Counted from the first letter of the stretch, positions 40,960-54,373 are shown. The stretch is DNA of 64,000 nucleotides from the human T2T-CHM13v2.0 reference genome, Homo sapiens (GCF_009914755.1 NC_060928.1); one strand, 5' to 3'. The notes: generated from the sequence alone by a model not told the origin. Program-made: numbers and translations.

Positions 40960-42105
40960 GGGTCACCATATCTCCCCTTCGAGAATAATTTTTTTTCCGT
41001 GGCTTTCATCCATGCAAATTCTGCCAGGGTCTAGGTTATACCTCAAAATCCATATGATCCAAATGAAACCCATGACCTCCACCTTCTGTATGTCAGTGAC
41101 TGGGACCACTGTCGTCAATCTGGTTTCATAAGCCAGAAACCTAGGTTCCATCCCCATTTCCAAATATTGCCAAAGCCCTTTCACTGTCACCTCCTCCATA
41201 TATATCACCTCCCTCTGTTTACATGTCCTATCCCTCCATTCAGTGATTTTTCAGATCAGAGGACTGAAGTCACCTCCAAATGAATCTCTTCACATCTACT
41301 CCCCTCCATCAGTTTTCTATGCCGGGTTAGGGGGATGCTTTAAAATGATCCTATCACACTCCTCCTTGAAACTCTTCAGTGACTTTCCACAGCTCTCAGG
41401 AGAGTGGGCAGAATCTTACCACCAACGCTGAAGCCATCTGACCAGTATGTCTTCCAGCTTTGCCCCACCCCACTTTCCTCTGGCTCTCTGCACTGGCCTC
41501 CTGGCAGCTCCACCTGCTCACTGTGTTCCTCCCAGCCTTGGGGACTCACTTACTGCTTCTTGTAGTTATGACTTCTTGTAGCTGGAATGCTCTGCCTCAG
41601 CACCATCCCCAGCTCATCTCATCTGCTGGTATAGTGGTTTTCAAACTTGAGGGTCTATCACAATTGCCTGGTGGGTTTGTTAAAATGCCACAATACTGGG
41701 CACCACTCCTGAGAATTTCTGATACTGTAGGCCTGAGGTGGGACCTGATCATTTACAATTCTAACAAGTCCCCAGGTGATGCTGATCCTGCTAGTCCTAG
41801 AACCACGCTTGGAGAATCACTGCCCCGGCTACCGTCTATTGGTTTTCCGGATCTCTGAGAAACCTTCCTTGACTGGCACCTCCCTCACTAGGCTAGCTTA
41901 GACATGCTCATGGCTGTCTACACATTTCCTTCACAGCACCTGTCCTCATCATGGGCTGTAATTATGTATCTGTGTGATTATTTCATTAATGTCTGTTTTT
42001 GTGGTTAAACTCCTGTGCCTGTGGTTAGGCAGCATCTCTGTTTTCTGTCCCCAGTGTTTACTAAGTACTTTGCCACATAGTGTGTGCTCATAAATATTTG
42101 CTAAA
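40960..42105 (+). mobile_element. L2 3' portion interrupted by MER5A
   Basis: agccagaaacctagg...gaaaccttccttgact...cacatagtgtgtgctcataaatatttg. Confidence 0.75.
41631..41822. mobile_element. MER5A
   Basis: agtggttttcaaactt...tctaacaagtccccaggtgatgctgat...ggagaatcactg. Confidence 0.88.
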
Positions 42106-44329
42106 GCAGGACTAATCTCTTCCATGAGATTTTTTCTAACTAATTGAGGTCATATCACAATTCCTTCCTACTCATGACTATTTTACTTAGGAGAAGTCCA
42201 TCCTCCTAAGAGCTGATACATTTTAGAGGTTCCCCAGGAATAGGAAAATCATCAAACACTACAGAATACCAATGAGAGTTGGAGAAAAATTGTCATTGTC
42301 AGAACGAAGGAAGTTGTTACAAAAGACACTAGTGCCTGCTATGAGGCCCACTTCCTTGTGTTGGGATGATCAAATGGGATATTATATGGAAAGAACTTAG
42401 TGTAATACCTAGAATGAAGCAAATACCCCAAAACATTCACTACTATTATGGATTACAGTAGCCTTTGCAACCTGGGTCTTGTAGTATCAGTTCAATTTCA
42501 AATATTCTGTCCCAAGGTCATATTTCTTCATATATTTTGTCTAGAAAATCTGGTTGTACATATGGCCTGTATCAAACATTTTAATATTCATACAGCATAT
42601 TATACTTGACTAAATGCGGCAAACACTTATTAAGTGCCTATTGTATGAACTCATTTGGCTGGCATCAGAGGCGCACGCAAATGAATAATGATCCGATAGG
42701 GGAGAGAAACAAACAGCCAGCAAAAATGTAAGGCCGAATAAAATAAGCATGAAATGAAGGCAGGTATAAAACCTACAGGTATGGAAAAGGATGGATAATT
42801 TCTGGCTGAAGTGGTATTTGATTGGGCCTGGAGCGGGGAGAGTGATCTTGACAAGCAAAGAAAAGCAGCAGAGCATTTCAGGCCAGTCCAGGAGGAGGGA
42901 GCTTAATGGGCTGAGGTTCTGGCTCCCTGAAGTGTGTGGCTCACTCAAGAGAAAGAGAAAGAACAGTGTTCCTGCAGTGATGAGAGACATGGTGAGACAG
43001 AGAGGAAGCTGAAAGGTATTTGGAATCAGATTATATATAATCTTGAATATAATGCTAAGAGGCTAGTATTTTGTTCCATAGGTAGCATGGCTCCAATTGT
43101 ATCCCCTGCATGAAGCTGCTTCGATATCTTATTTTTTTTCTCAGATTTGGCTTAGGGAAGAAGACAGGTGTGATGTCTACAATCATTTGATTGGCTAGAT
43201 TTGCAAGGCTGGCCTTCAGCTCACTTTTAACTTCTTCTTGGGTATTTTTTTCCAATTGGACTATACTGCCACCCGATAAGTGGTCACACGTAGTTATCAC
43301 TATTTTCTAAACGCCCAAGTGTTCTCAGAGATATGATTATGAAAACAAGATTAGCAAAAATAGCTAAGTATAAATTGGTAGCTTCTTAACAAATGCTTGA
43401 CTCAGATTTCTCTCCAATCTAATCCTACCCAGATCTGAAGACTTTCTTTAACTGACCATGAGTGTTGATATTTTACACTTTATGACAAAAGTCCTTCCAG
43501 GACATACATGGTTCTCATTTATAGCTGTTTTCCCATGTGTTGAAGAACACACTAATTTTCTTCCGCTCTGATTCCCGTAGTATTAAGATAGTATTTTGAT
43601 GACTTGGGCTTTCTCATTCAGGCAATGGTGCTGTACTCAGCACTCCAATACCCTACCTCTCTCTCCAATTTCCACCTGTAGTATAAAAAAGAAATTGCCT
43701 CCCTTATCCATATGACTGCCACTAGACAGGATGGTGGATATGAGACATCTTCCATGTTGGCTGTGCAAATCTCTAATGTGCCATTTCTCTGATCAGATAA
43801 AGGTTTGTCAATTGACCAACCTGTGTCAATATCATGGTAGTGAAGCAACTGTGACCCGAATGTCATAGATATCTCTGCTTTTCTCTGAAAGAGTCTGCTT
43901 TTAAAGAAATATGAAATTACAAAAACATCACCTTTTATCAGAATATAACTTCTGGTTAAATTCGTTTTAAGGTCAAGAAGAAAAATAAAGAGAAACATGA
44001 AGTATTTAATAGTTTCAAGGCTGATATTTAACTATCCTATCACTCATTTCACTGGGGACTTAGGCTGATGAAAGTGTTTCTTCAATTGCCAACATTTTCT
44101 CTAGGTTGTTTCCTAAAATCTTTAAGAAAGATTAGTTATGGAAACTAATCTTTAGTTTACGGGAATGAAGACTTATTCTTCATTTAGATTCAGACTTAGT
44201 TGTAGGAACAAATACTTATTCTTCATTTCACTAAACCAAAAATCCAACCTCAAGTTATTTACATTCTCACTTGTTGAAAATATTGGGATCGTATGTAGTT
44301 TTATATTCTATCTTTTTCACTTATTACAG

Positions 44330-44640
44330 CGTGGACATTTCCCTATGTTATCAAAAACTCTTCTAAAATACTTCAATAGCCATGAAATATTCTTTCAGTT
44401 GAATATACCATAATGTACTTAACCAGTTCTCTACTTTTGGTCATAAAGGTCTTTTTTTTTCCAATTTTTCACCACTATAGATAATGCTAGAGTAAACATC
44501 CTTATACATATATTTTTGATCACATCTCTAATTATGTTCTTAGGAAAACATTTCTTTAAGTAGAATCAGTAGGTCAAGGAGTAGGACCACCTTTGAGGAG
44601 CTCTCCACATACTGCTAAATTGTTCTATATCCATTTTTCA
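44330..44640 (-). mobile_element. L1ME fragment
   Basis: ataccataatgtacttaaccagttctct...ataatgctagagtaaacatcctt...agtagaatcagtaggtcaagg. Confidence 0.7.
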
Positions 44641-44870
44641 TGTGTTCCATAGTAATTTCTCAAGTATCTGGTGACACAGTTTGAAATTTGCTATGAGAAA
44701 AACCATTGCCAAATTGATCGGAAGCAGTAACTTCTATTATCTAAGTAAATCTATTGTTATCACAATGGGATGGATTATTTTTCTGTCTGTATGGAGCCGA
44801 TCACTAAGTTTCCATTCAAATTAATTAGATGAACTGTCTGTTACAAGGTTGTGAAACATATGTATTAGGC

Positions 44871-45213
44871 CAGGGGTCCCCAATCCCCGGATCATGGACT
44901 GCTACCAGTCCGTGGCCTGTTAGGAACCAGGTGGCACAGTAGGAGGTGAGTGGCGGGAGAGTGAGCATTACCCCCTAAGCTCCGCCTCCTGTCAGATCAG
45001 CAGTGGCATTAGATTCTCATAGCAGCACAAACCCTACTGTGAACTGTACATGTGAGGGATCTAGGTTGCATGCTCCTTATGAGAATCTAATGCCTAATGA
45101 TCTGAGGTGGAAGAGCTTCATCCTGAAACCATCCCCCCGGCCGACCCCTGGTCTGTGGAAAAATTGTCGTCTAGGAAACTGGTCCCTGGTGCCAAAAAGG
45201 TTGGGGACCACTG
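44871..45213 (+). mobile_element. MER1B (hAT-Charlie), full length
   Basis: TIRs caggggtccccaa / ttggggaccactg; perfect 8-bp TSD tattaggc at 44863-44870 and 45214-45221. Confidence 0.95.
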
Positions 45214-45710
45214 TATTAGGCAGCAAGCTAACCTAAGTAAGCAAGGCCCTGCTGTGGGGCACACCTTTCTACCACACTCCACCTGAAGAACAGAAGAGGC
45301 TGAGAGCAGGAGAACACCAGGGAAGCTGGCCTAGGCTTCCTGGCCACTGGCCACTTCCAAGTTCAAAATCTGACTGTGGCATGGTAGCTGAGTAACTGAT
45401 AACAACAAAATGTGCCAGGCCAATTTTTATCATTTACATAATGTGGACAATAGTGCCCATATTCAAAAGATGTGTGAGGGTTAAGTGAGATAAAATGCTT
45501 ATCCCAGTACTATACTATTCACAACTATGTGAATTGTAGGCATCCAAGAACTACTTACTTTTTTAAATGATTATTTCCATGCTCACAACTGCCTATGGAG
45601 TTCAGTATTTGGAGAGCTGATAAAACCAGAAGCAAACCATCTATTTGGGACCAGTTTTTAAATTTTGCACAGCTTTCTTAGCTCTTTCTGTTGGTAAAGC
45701 AATTGGAAGT

Positions 45711-45950
45711 CAGGATAATCATCATCACCATCATCATCACCATTACTACCATCATGAGCATCAGGATCAACATTATCACCATCATCACAATCACCATCAT
45801 CATCACCATCATGATCATCAGGATCAACATCATCACCATCACCATTATCATCATCAGGATCATCATTATCATTATCACCATCACCACCACCACCACCACC
45901 ACCACCACCACCACCACCACCACCACCATCATCATCATCATTGCTATCAT
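45711..45950. repeat. Compound (CAT/CAC)n trinucleotide repeat
   Basis: Degenerate CAT/CAC array with recurring CAGGAT, then (CAC)15 at 45882-45926 and (CAT)5. Confidence 0.97.
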
Positions 45951-47279
45951 TGTGGCAAATATGGGAGTAGAGGCCATGGAGACAATGGCTCAGTGACTGG
46001 GCTGCTGCTGGGAGCTGTACCTCCTGTTCTGTGATTAATGCTGAGTTTCTGGGGTAAGTTCTGGGTATCAGGCCTCCTGAAATCCGCACTGTACCCCTCT
46101 GGGCAACAGGTTTGGTAGAGGAAGAATCAGGCCTCGTGCTTTTGAGTCTTAAGAGTCCCCTTATTGGCGCTAGACATACCAGCAGGGCTTTTATGCCAGG
46201 GTAAGTGTTCTCATACTTAAGAACAGCATCTGCTCCATCAGAATTGGAGCTTCCTTTGAATGCATTCCTTCCTTTGAGTGACCACAAACAAAAAGAAAGC
46301 AGCTGCAGAGGTACACACAAACATCAAGATGTTAGCAGGATGGCTGCCTGCACTGGGCAGAACAGGCTCACTTCAGGAATCAGCTCCACATCTCGAACCC
46401 TAATCAGGGAGGAAGACAGGAATCCCAATTTCAGTTCCAGTTAATGAATGGGAGAGAAGAATCAGAATTCTGTTTTCTTTTTCCACCAAATTGATGACAT
46501 CGTTTTTACCATGCTACATGAAGCACAGCCCTGATTCTGAAGAGCAGAAGAAATAGTTTGCGTGGTATCTCTCCCTAAAGTGCTCCAAAACCAGGCAGGG
46601 GCCTGGGGGTATTTATCTTGATCCTTCCTATTCAGCTGAAATTGTAGAACACATGACAGGAGGAAAAAAACACATAGCTTTAAGATGAATGAAATAGACC
46701 AAATATATTGGACATTGTGTGGCTTTGTCTTTGGAATATCACTGAGTGTTAAATAACTCATACTGCTGGCTTCTTCCTTCTTAGAAAATCAGTAAATGAT
46801 TCCTCATTATGCAAGTCAGTCAGATTTTATTATTACCTTAAGATTCTATGAATACGACCACTGTCAGGAATAGATAAGTTTCACACAGAAGGTTACGTGA
46901 TGGACCACTGACAAAGGCAGAAAGAAACCCAGAACTCCAGCTGAGAACCCTGAACTGAATTGGGACTGCAGAGGCCAGCCCTCCACCTCAAAGGCAGGAC
47001 CTACAACCATCCTTGCCCACCCTCCAACCCTGAGCTCTTTCATAAAGACACACATACAGAGTACCACTGGCTGTGGCAGCCAGGGCTGGAGCAACAAAGG
47101 CCATGAACTGTGACTGCTGCCTGTGTCACTTCTCTTGTGGGTCTGCAGCTTCTGTGTGTCTGCATGTGCGTGTTGGCATTCCTGGTCCTTGGTGTTTGCA
47201 TGTGGGCTCTGCTCTGGGCAGGAGGCAGCAGAACAAGGGTGGAATTAAATTAGACACATCAGCAGCGTCTAAGCCTAGT

Positions 47280-47522
47280 GCCCTGGATCATCATTCCGCC
47301 TTCCCTCACCCCGCTCTGCTTTTTCTTTGTTCCATAGCACTTATAACTGTCTAACATACTATGTAATTTACACTCATTCATGATGCTTAATGTCTGCTAG
47401 AACGTAAGCTGCACAAGGGCAGAGTTCCTATTCTTTTTTATCCGCTCACAGATTTAAGTGCCTAGAGCAGTGGCTGGCACACAGCAGGCACTCTATAAAT
47501 ATTTGTTTAATAAATGAATGTT
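47280..47522 (+). mobile_element. L2 3' end
   Basis: ctagaacgtaagctgcacaagggcag...gcctagagcagtggctggcacacagcaggcactctataaatatttg. Confidence 0.85.
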
Positions 47523-48082
47523 TATCAGCCATTCTAATTTAGATTCTAGTTAAGCAATTGATAGGTCTGCAGGCCAAGACCTGTTCACGTGTTTGAAATA
47601 TTTACCCTCACCCCAACCCTTCAGGCTCAAAGCTGCTCCTGGTCTCTACGAAGCAGCTGGCTGTCCACAAAGCAATCACTACCACTTGGTAAAATTGAGG
47701 AGGAAGTAAAATATATACTGAAGCAGAAATTCTGGGGGTTCAGTAGCCTGGGTTGTTTTCTCTTAACATCTGATGACCATCGACACCCCACCCCCAGCTT
47801 GGAATTTATTTCAGAAGGAAATAAGCCAGGGTATGGTTCTGATCTATGATTCGAGAATATTCAAGGTTTTTGTTATACCTGCAAGTCGCTTATATTGCCA
47901 CTAACTGCAATCAGAAAAGATCCTACCTTAAATGCCTTTCTATCCTCAGAATGCCGCACGCATTTGTTTTCAGTAAATGTTTGAGAATGATCTTGAAAGT
48001 GTGCAAGAGAACAGAGAATAAAAATAGAATCAAACCCAAGCTGGGCATCTCTCAGCGTCTCCCAGTTGCTGAGAGGTAATAA

Positions 48083-48171
48083 TTAGGGTAACTATATAAT
48101 TTTTCACCCAAGCCAGGACAACTGGCATAAACTGGGACTGTCTTGGGACGATTATACAGATGGCTCTCTTA
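48083..48171. mobile_element. MER81 (hAT-Blackjack), internally deleted
   Basis: tagggtaactatataattt...ccaggacaactggcataaactgggactgtc. Confidence 0.7.
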
Positions 48172-48439
48172 GGTATAATCAACTTCCATCATATTAGAAG
48201 ATGGGAAAGGACTAGCAAAGATTAGTGCCTCTGACATGTTAAAAGCTCTGTGGTTTGCATTCAAGGGTCACAGATGTTGATCAAAATATTCATATTGCCA
48301 ATTTGCACTAATTTCAGTAGTTTGTAAGTATCAAGCAAGACTGTTCAATAAATGACCTAGCAAATTAATCTATTTTCCCCCATTAGTTTCTGACTTTTTA
48401 GCATGACAATATCAGACACCCTGTTAAAGAAAAGGCCCT

Positions 48440-49420
48440 TCAAGCTGTGTAACTGACGTGTTCGGATTCCTCCTTGGAGACGCATCTGTCTACTTACCAC
48501 CCCCGCCCCAGCCCATATACCCCCTCCATCCCAACCAGGCCTCTATTTTTCAGTTCTTGCAGTACCATCAGAATAAGTAAAAAAGGACCCTGATTTTCCA
48601 GAGGGACCATGCAGTCTGAAAAGGTACGTCTTCAACATCATTAGCAGTTCATCTTCTAAAACCTCAGGGCAGCCCCTAGGCAGCCCCTCCTGCAGCACCC
48701 CGCCCCCTTCCACCGCCACCCCTCTCTTTTGGTGTCGGCTTATCAAATTAATGAAGCCTATCTAGACGGGAGGAAGTTGGGGTAGAAGACAGTGGCTTCA
48801 GAGCAATTCAATGCAAGCCCTTCCCTCTTAAAAAAAAGAATAATGGGAAAAAAATTAGAATTTCTTTCTCTTAGAATAGGAAGAGGAAAGGGAAACGGTA
48901 TTGGGGGTGGGGTGAGGGGTGGCTGTGATTGTCTCCTAGTTCCCTGAAGGAGGAGATGTCTATTTACTTTCTCTGGCTGAACATTTGCATGTTAAAAAGG
49001 CACAGTGCCTTTGTGGGCAGGATTTATCAGGGCCACATTTTCTACTTGATAGAGCAGAGTGCTGGATAAGGACTCCAGGTAAAGGATAAAGCAACTTCCT
49101 ACGACCTTCCCTCTCATCTTTTTATAAGATAGTCCCGTCTATCATGCAGAGAATCTGGGAGGCCAGATTCCGTGGCCATGTGTGTTTTTGCAGCACGTTG
49201 GTGGGTGGCAGGAGGCAGAGCCTACCCTCGGCCGCAGGCAGCCATGAGCTGGGTGGTAGCTTCCTCCTGCAAGGCACGGAGCACAGGCCAGTGCCATTAG
49301 AGCCTCCCCATTCCCCTGTATCCAGAGAGGCAATTTGCAGCGCGAGGTACAAAACACATCAACATCTCTCATCACGTCACTGACCTAAATATAGACAATG
49401 ACTTCAAGGAAGAGAAGAAG
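48440..49420. promoter_or_regulatory. Candidate promoter/enhancer island
   Basis: GC boxes CCCCGCCCC (48501, 48698), TGACGTG (48454), TCACGTCA (49372) next to MEF2 CTAAATATAG (49385); no interspersed repeats. Confidence 0.5.
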
Positions 49421-52139
49421 GAAAAAAAAAAAAAAGTTGCACGTTCTTTTATACCTGCAAATGCTGCCGAGCTCTTCAAACAAGCACTGGCAATGAGGAA
49501 CAATAGATAACCAGTCAGATGTGAAGGGAGAAGAGAGGAGGCATGGGTGTTCTGGGATGATTGCTGTGATAAGGCCATTATAGTTTCTCAGTGGAACATC
49601 AATCCTCATTTGTAACCCGGGGTCGGGATATCACTTTGGGAGCAGTTTCGTGTTTCTTGTCGGCTTTTCCATGGGAGCCCTGTGGGAGGAAGGGGGTATC
49701 TGTCGTGGATCTTCTGGCTAAGCTGGGCTGGCCTCTTCACTGGCTAGGATGGGTCTCTGATTCACAGAAGCTTTTTCCTTCGCACGTGAGAAGATTGTGC
49801 TCTCGGTGTCTTTGTTACTGAGCAGCCTCCCCTGGCATCCATTTGAGCCATCCTGACCCCGGGCCCCACCTCAGCATCCCAGGTCAATGTCCCTTCTACC
49901 CTGGAAAGCGGACATGGGCTGGCTCGCTTGTGTATGCCACAAGGAGTATCAGTGAAGGGTAGTTTTCCCTCACAGTGTGAATTCAGAGTTGGGTCAAGCC
50001 TTTTAAAGCTGTGTTCATAAGAGTGCTTACCTTCTTATTAACTTGGGGATTATTCACCTGCTGGGTGAACAGAAGGGCCATATTAGAAGCTTTTATGAAC
50101 ACGAATCGCATAACTAGGGACCTTGGGAAAGACACCTGAACAAAACATGGGTAGTATGGATAGACTGGTGGCGTCAGCAATTAGGACACAATTGTGGACA
50201 ATCAATTGCTGAGGAATTGTCACATGGCTCTCACATATTTCGAATGCTCTTCCTGTTCCCTCAGACAACTATCTGCATACGAACAGCCTGCGCAGAGGCT
50301 CCCTGAGTGTAACATAATTGCCTGCTAGGGAACCAGCAAGCCACTTCAGATTTAAGCTGTCCAGAACTCCATCATTTAGGCTGAGACACAAACCCATGCT
50401 CTTTTGTGTTAGCAAAACATCCACAAATGTGGTTTGTTGCTTCAGAGAACACAGACTCGACCCTTGCAGACACATACGGCACCATCACACAAAGATCCCT
50501 CTCCCTTTGGAAAAAGAATGGAAAATAATCAAAAGAACGCCACTCTCATACAAGATAGGGAAACTAAACGCGCCACTGCAAATGAAATAAAATAAGAAAC
50601 AATGGAAGAATCACAACAAGAGTTGAGGACAAAAAGAAAGTAAGCCAGAAGTTCTAGGTAAAAATGAGTAACGACCATTCAGAAAAGGATCTGGCTAAAG
50701 CAGGGCTGTGAGTGCCCAAGGTTAATACAGAGTCTGATGTGCATGATAGGAGCGTCTTGGTGGCTTCCCTGGCACAGTGACCTCTGGCACTTACTGTTCT
50801 TCTGGAAAGTGAGGTGAAATCAGAACATAGAAAATAGGGAGGTGTATGTATTCAGAAATAAAGACACCCAAAGAGTGACAGAAAAAACGGCATTGGATTT
50901 CAAATACCAGTTTAAGACGACCACAACCAGAACAGGAATCTAGCTGCTCTATGATGTGTAATAGGAACAGTTCTCAGCAATGCCATTCACCAACAAAGAC
51001 TGACTGCTGAGGGTTTCTGAAAAGGAGCTGTGGACTGGGTTAAGGTGAAGATGCTAAAAGATCCTGACACAGTAACAGGAATGTCTTTTTAGAACCTGTG
51101 CTTCTATTGCATTCCAGCTTCTCTATGCAGATTCCTGGAAACACAGTCTCTGGGATAGGTGAATGCAATTAAAAATTACAAAGGACTAGGGGGGAAAAAA
51201 CAGAAAATAATTTGGTCAAGAAGAAATATGCCCAGAGTCAATTTTTTTCCAATCCAATATCTTTGTTAATTAAGCATTTTTCCAACCTATGATGAGAATA
51301 CTAATAGTAATCTAATACTATACTACTCATTACTAATAAAACATATTTATGAAGTGGAAATATAATGTGCCTATTTCCAAAATGTGGTTATAAATGACTT
51401 ACTCTAAGCCACGATTTAAAATGGTTTGAGAAATGAGTCTTTAATAAAGAATTGATGAGGATGATGACTGCTGATAATAATTCTATTTGGTAAGATGATG
51501 TGGTTTGCTATGGCAATTTGAGCTGAGGTGATTGCCTCAAAAATTACTGCAAGTAACTACTATAAGGAAATTTAATTGGTGATAAATACAGTGATGGTGT
51601 GTCAACTCTTGAAAAAGTGAGGCTGTAACTGAAGAATCCAGCATCATTTCGTCTTCTGATTATATTCATAGTCATTACGGTGCTGCCAAGATGTTATTTG
51701 TCTGACACACTTGCACATAGTAGGGATTTAAAAGGTGAGTGCATAGGCACCTATAATTAGTCCTCTATGTAGGTTCCTACATACAATTATAGTTAATCAT
51801 AAACCCATTAACATTTAGAAAAAAAACAATTATAACATGGCTTAGGATGGAGCTGTAATAGCATTTGTGATAGTCAGTGACATGGATGCTCCACATGGTC
51901 AGAAAGCCTTGATGTTAGGACACCAGGATCTAGCCTGAGCTTCTTAAAAAGCATAAAACAAAGCAAAACAAAAAAATTCAAGTCAAACATGTCACCAAAG
52001 TTCACTTTTCTTTTTAATGGTATTACTACACTAATAGGACAGGGTGTTCTTGAGCAAAGCATTTGATAGAACTTCTTTGTCCATCCCTTTAGACAGAGAG
52101 AGCTAAGTGTCCTAGTGGACCTGTACAGATATCACATAC

Positions 52140-52350
52140 ACATTGAATCCTACTAAAAGACTAGGCATTGTCTGGATAGTGGAACTCCACGGAATAAACA
52201 AAGCCCTGAGCATCATGGAGTTGAAAGTCTAGAGACGCCAAGCAAAGGAACAAATAGTTAAATACAACATAATAAATGATAAATGTTGCAATGACAGTGT
52301 GGAGTAGGCACTTCATGGAGACGAAGGTTGAAAATGGGCAAGAGAAGGCT
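52140..52350 (-). mobile_element. L2 3' fragment
   Basis: ctaggcattgtctggatag...gccctgagcatcatggagttgaaagtctag. Confidence 0.6.
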
Positions 52351-52545
52351 TTGCAGAAGATGCACTTCTTTTTTTTTTTTTTTTTTAAAAAAAAAAACAT
52401 AGTTTTATTGTAATGAATTACGGTCTTTACTCACAAAACAAAAATATACATGGAACATTGACTTCAAGGGTTGGTTAGGAAGTGGAAATCTGGTGGCCTC
52501 TCCCATTGTCATGGTCCTGACATAGGGCTAAGAATAGGTGATTCC

Positions 52546-52632
52546 ACGCTTGAGCCCAGGAGGTGGAGGTTGTGGTGAGCCAAGATTGTGCCACTGAACT
52601 CCAGCCTGGGTGACAGAGTAAGACCCTGTTGA
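52546..52632 (+). mobile_element. 5'-truncated Alu (end of right arm)
   Basis: gcttgagcccaggaggtggaggttg...cctgggtgacagagtaagaccctgt; TSD agaa(t/a)aggtgattcc at 52531 and 52958. Confidence 0.9.
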
Positions 52633-52965
52633 AAGAGGAAGGAAGGAAGGAAGGAAGGAAGGAAGGAAGGAAGGAAGGAAGGAAGGACGGACGGACTAAG
52701 GGAGGGAGGGAGGAAGGAAAGAAGGAAGGAAGGAAGCAAGGAAGGAAGGAAGGGGAAAAGGAAAGAAAGAAAGAAAGAGAAAGGAAGGAAGGAGTAAGGG
52801 AGGGAGGAAGGAAAGAAGGAAGGAAGCACGGAAGGAAGTGGGAAAGGAAAGAAAGGAAGGAGGGAGGAAGGAAGGATGGAAGGAGAAAGGAAGGAAAGAA
52901 GGAAGGAAGGAAAAAGAAAGGAAGAAAGAAAGAAAAGAAAAAAGAAAAGGAAAGGAAAGAAAAGG
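52633..52965. repeat. (GGAA)n / GA-rich polypurine tract
   Basis: 12 perfect GGAA units (52637-52684), then about 280 bp of degenerate GGAA/GAAA. Confidence 0.97.
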
Positions 52966-53559
52966 TGATTCCTGAGTTAAACCTTAAAGGACTGAGGACT
53001 AGTAGAAGTTTTTAAGTCAGATCAAGTGTGGCCAAAGCATTCCAAGTAGAGAAATAACTGGTGTGAAGCCATGAAGAGCCTGTGTTTGAGGAACTGGCGT
53101 GGTAAATCGCAGCGGATGTTATGAGGAAGGGGAAGGAGATGAAGCCAGGAGGCAGATGAGGAAGCTGAACATACCAAGGGGTCTGGATTCCACTGTGCAG
53201 TGATGGGCAACTCCACAGTAATTCTGCTCCTATTTGCATTAGTGACTTGTATACTGGCAGAGTAAGCAGGAAGAATGACAATGACAAGAAAAATACAAAT
53301 CTTACCAGTTCAGGAAAGTATTAATACCCAAATAGATTCACAAATGCTAACTGCTCTTGTGCTGTGCTAGGAAAATCTTGTCTGTATGTGGTTTATGTTA
53401 TGTTATGTGAGGTTTATAATGGATTCAAGCACGTTTAGGCAGCAAACAAGTTTTGCTAATTTTTATTGAAGTCTGTATTGGTCAAATGACATTTGGAATT
53501 TTATACACAGATCTGGGAATATAACTTTTTAAAAAAATATCAGTTATTATCAGCATGTC

Positions 53560-53945
53560 AGAAAGAGGATAGCCTCTGTGACAATGGGTCAGATGGTCAT
53601 GTTAACGTAACGAATAATGGAAGGAAGTGGCCATGTCTGAGCTGGGAAAGAGAAGCTAGAGAAATATGAAAGCTTTTGTTAGCTCTCTAGAGGTTGCCTA
53701 TGAAAAAGGGGTAGATTTACTCCATGTCACAACGTAGGAACAAAGTGGAGGTTATATAGAGATAGATTTCAGCTGAGTGCAAGGAAGGACTTTCAAATCA
53801 CTCCATATCCAAAAAATGAAACTGGATGACAGGCAAGGACTCCACGGCCATCTCATCAAAGAGTTTTGGAGGAGACTCCTGCTCTTGGCAAGAGGTTAAG
53901 TGGAGGACCTTGACAGTCCTTTCTCCCCAAAGATTCTCTAAAATG
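53560..53945 (+). mobile_element. L3/CR1 3' fragment
   Basis: gtagatttactcc...gatagatttcagctgagtgcaaggaaggactttc...gacct...gtcctttc...aagattct. Confidence 0.55.
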
Positions 53946-53996
53946 TCAGTACATCCTGGCTATATCAGATAACTGCAATTTCAAAATAATCAATGA

Positions 53997-54373
<377 letters not shown>

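Noticed and set aside
45645-46320. His-rich 129-aa and Asp/Gly-rich 220-aa ORFs as real genes
   Set aside because: Both start at TTG and are open because the triplet repeat lacks stops; no supporting exon or promoter structure. Kept only as a repeat finding.
51590-51740. cDNA-like stretch as a coding exon or miRNA
   Set aside because: Only a strong plus-strand donor; weak acceptor, short frames and no convincing hairpin
52509-53015. Lys/Glu/Arg-rich and Ser/Phe/Leu/Pro-rich ORFs
   Set aside because: Translations of the GGAA tract and the Alu stub
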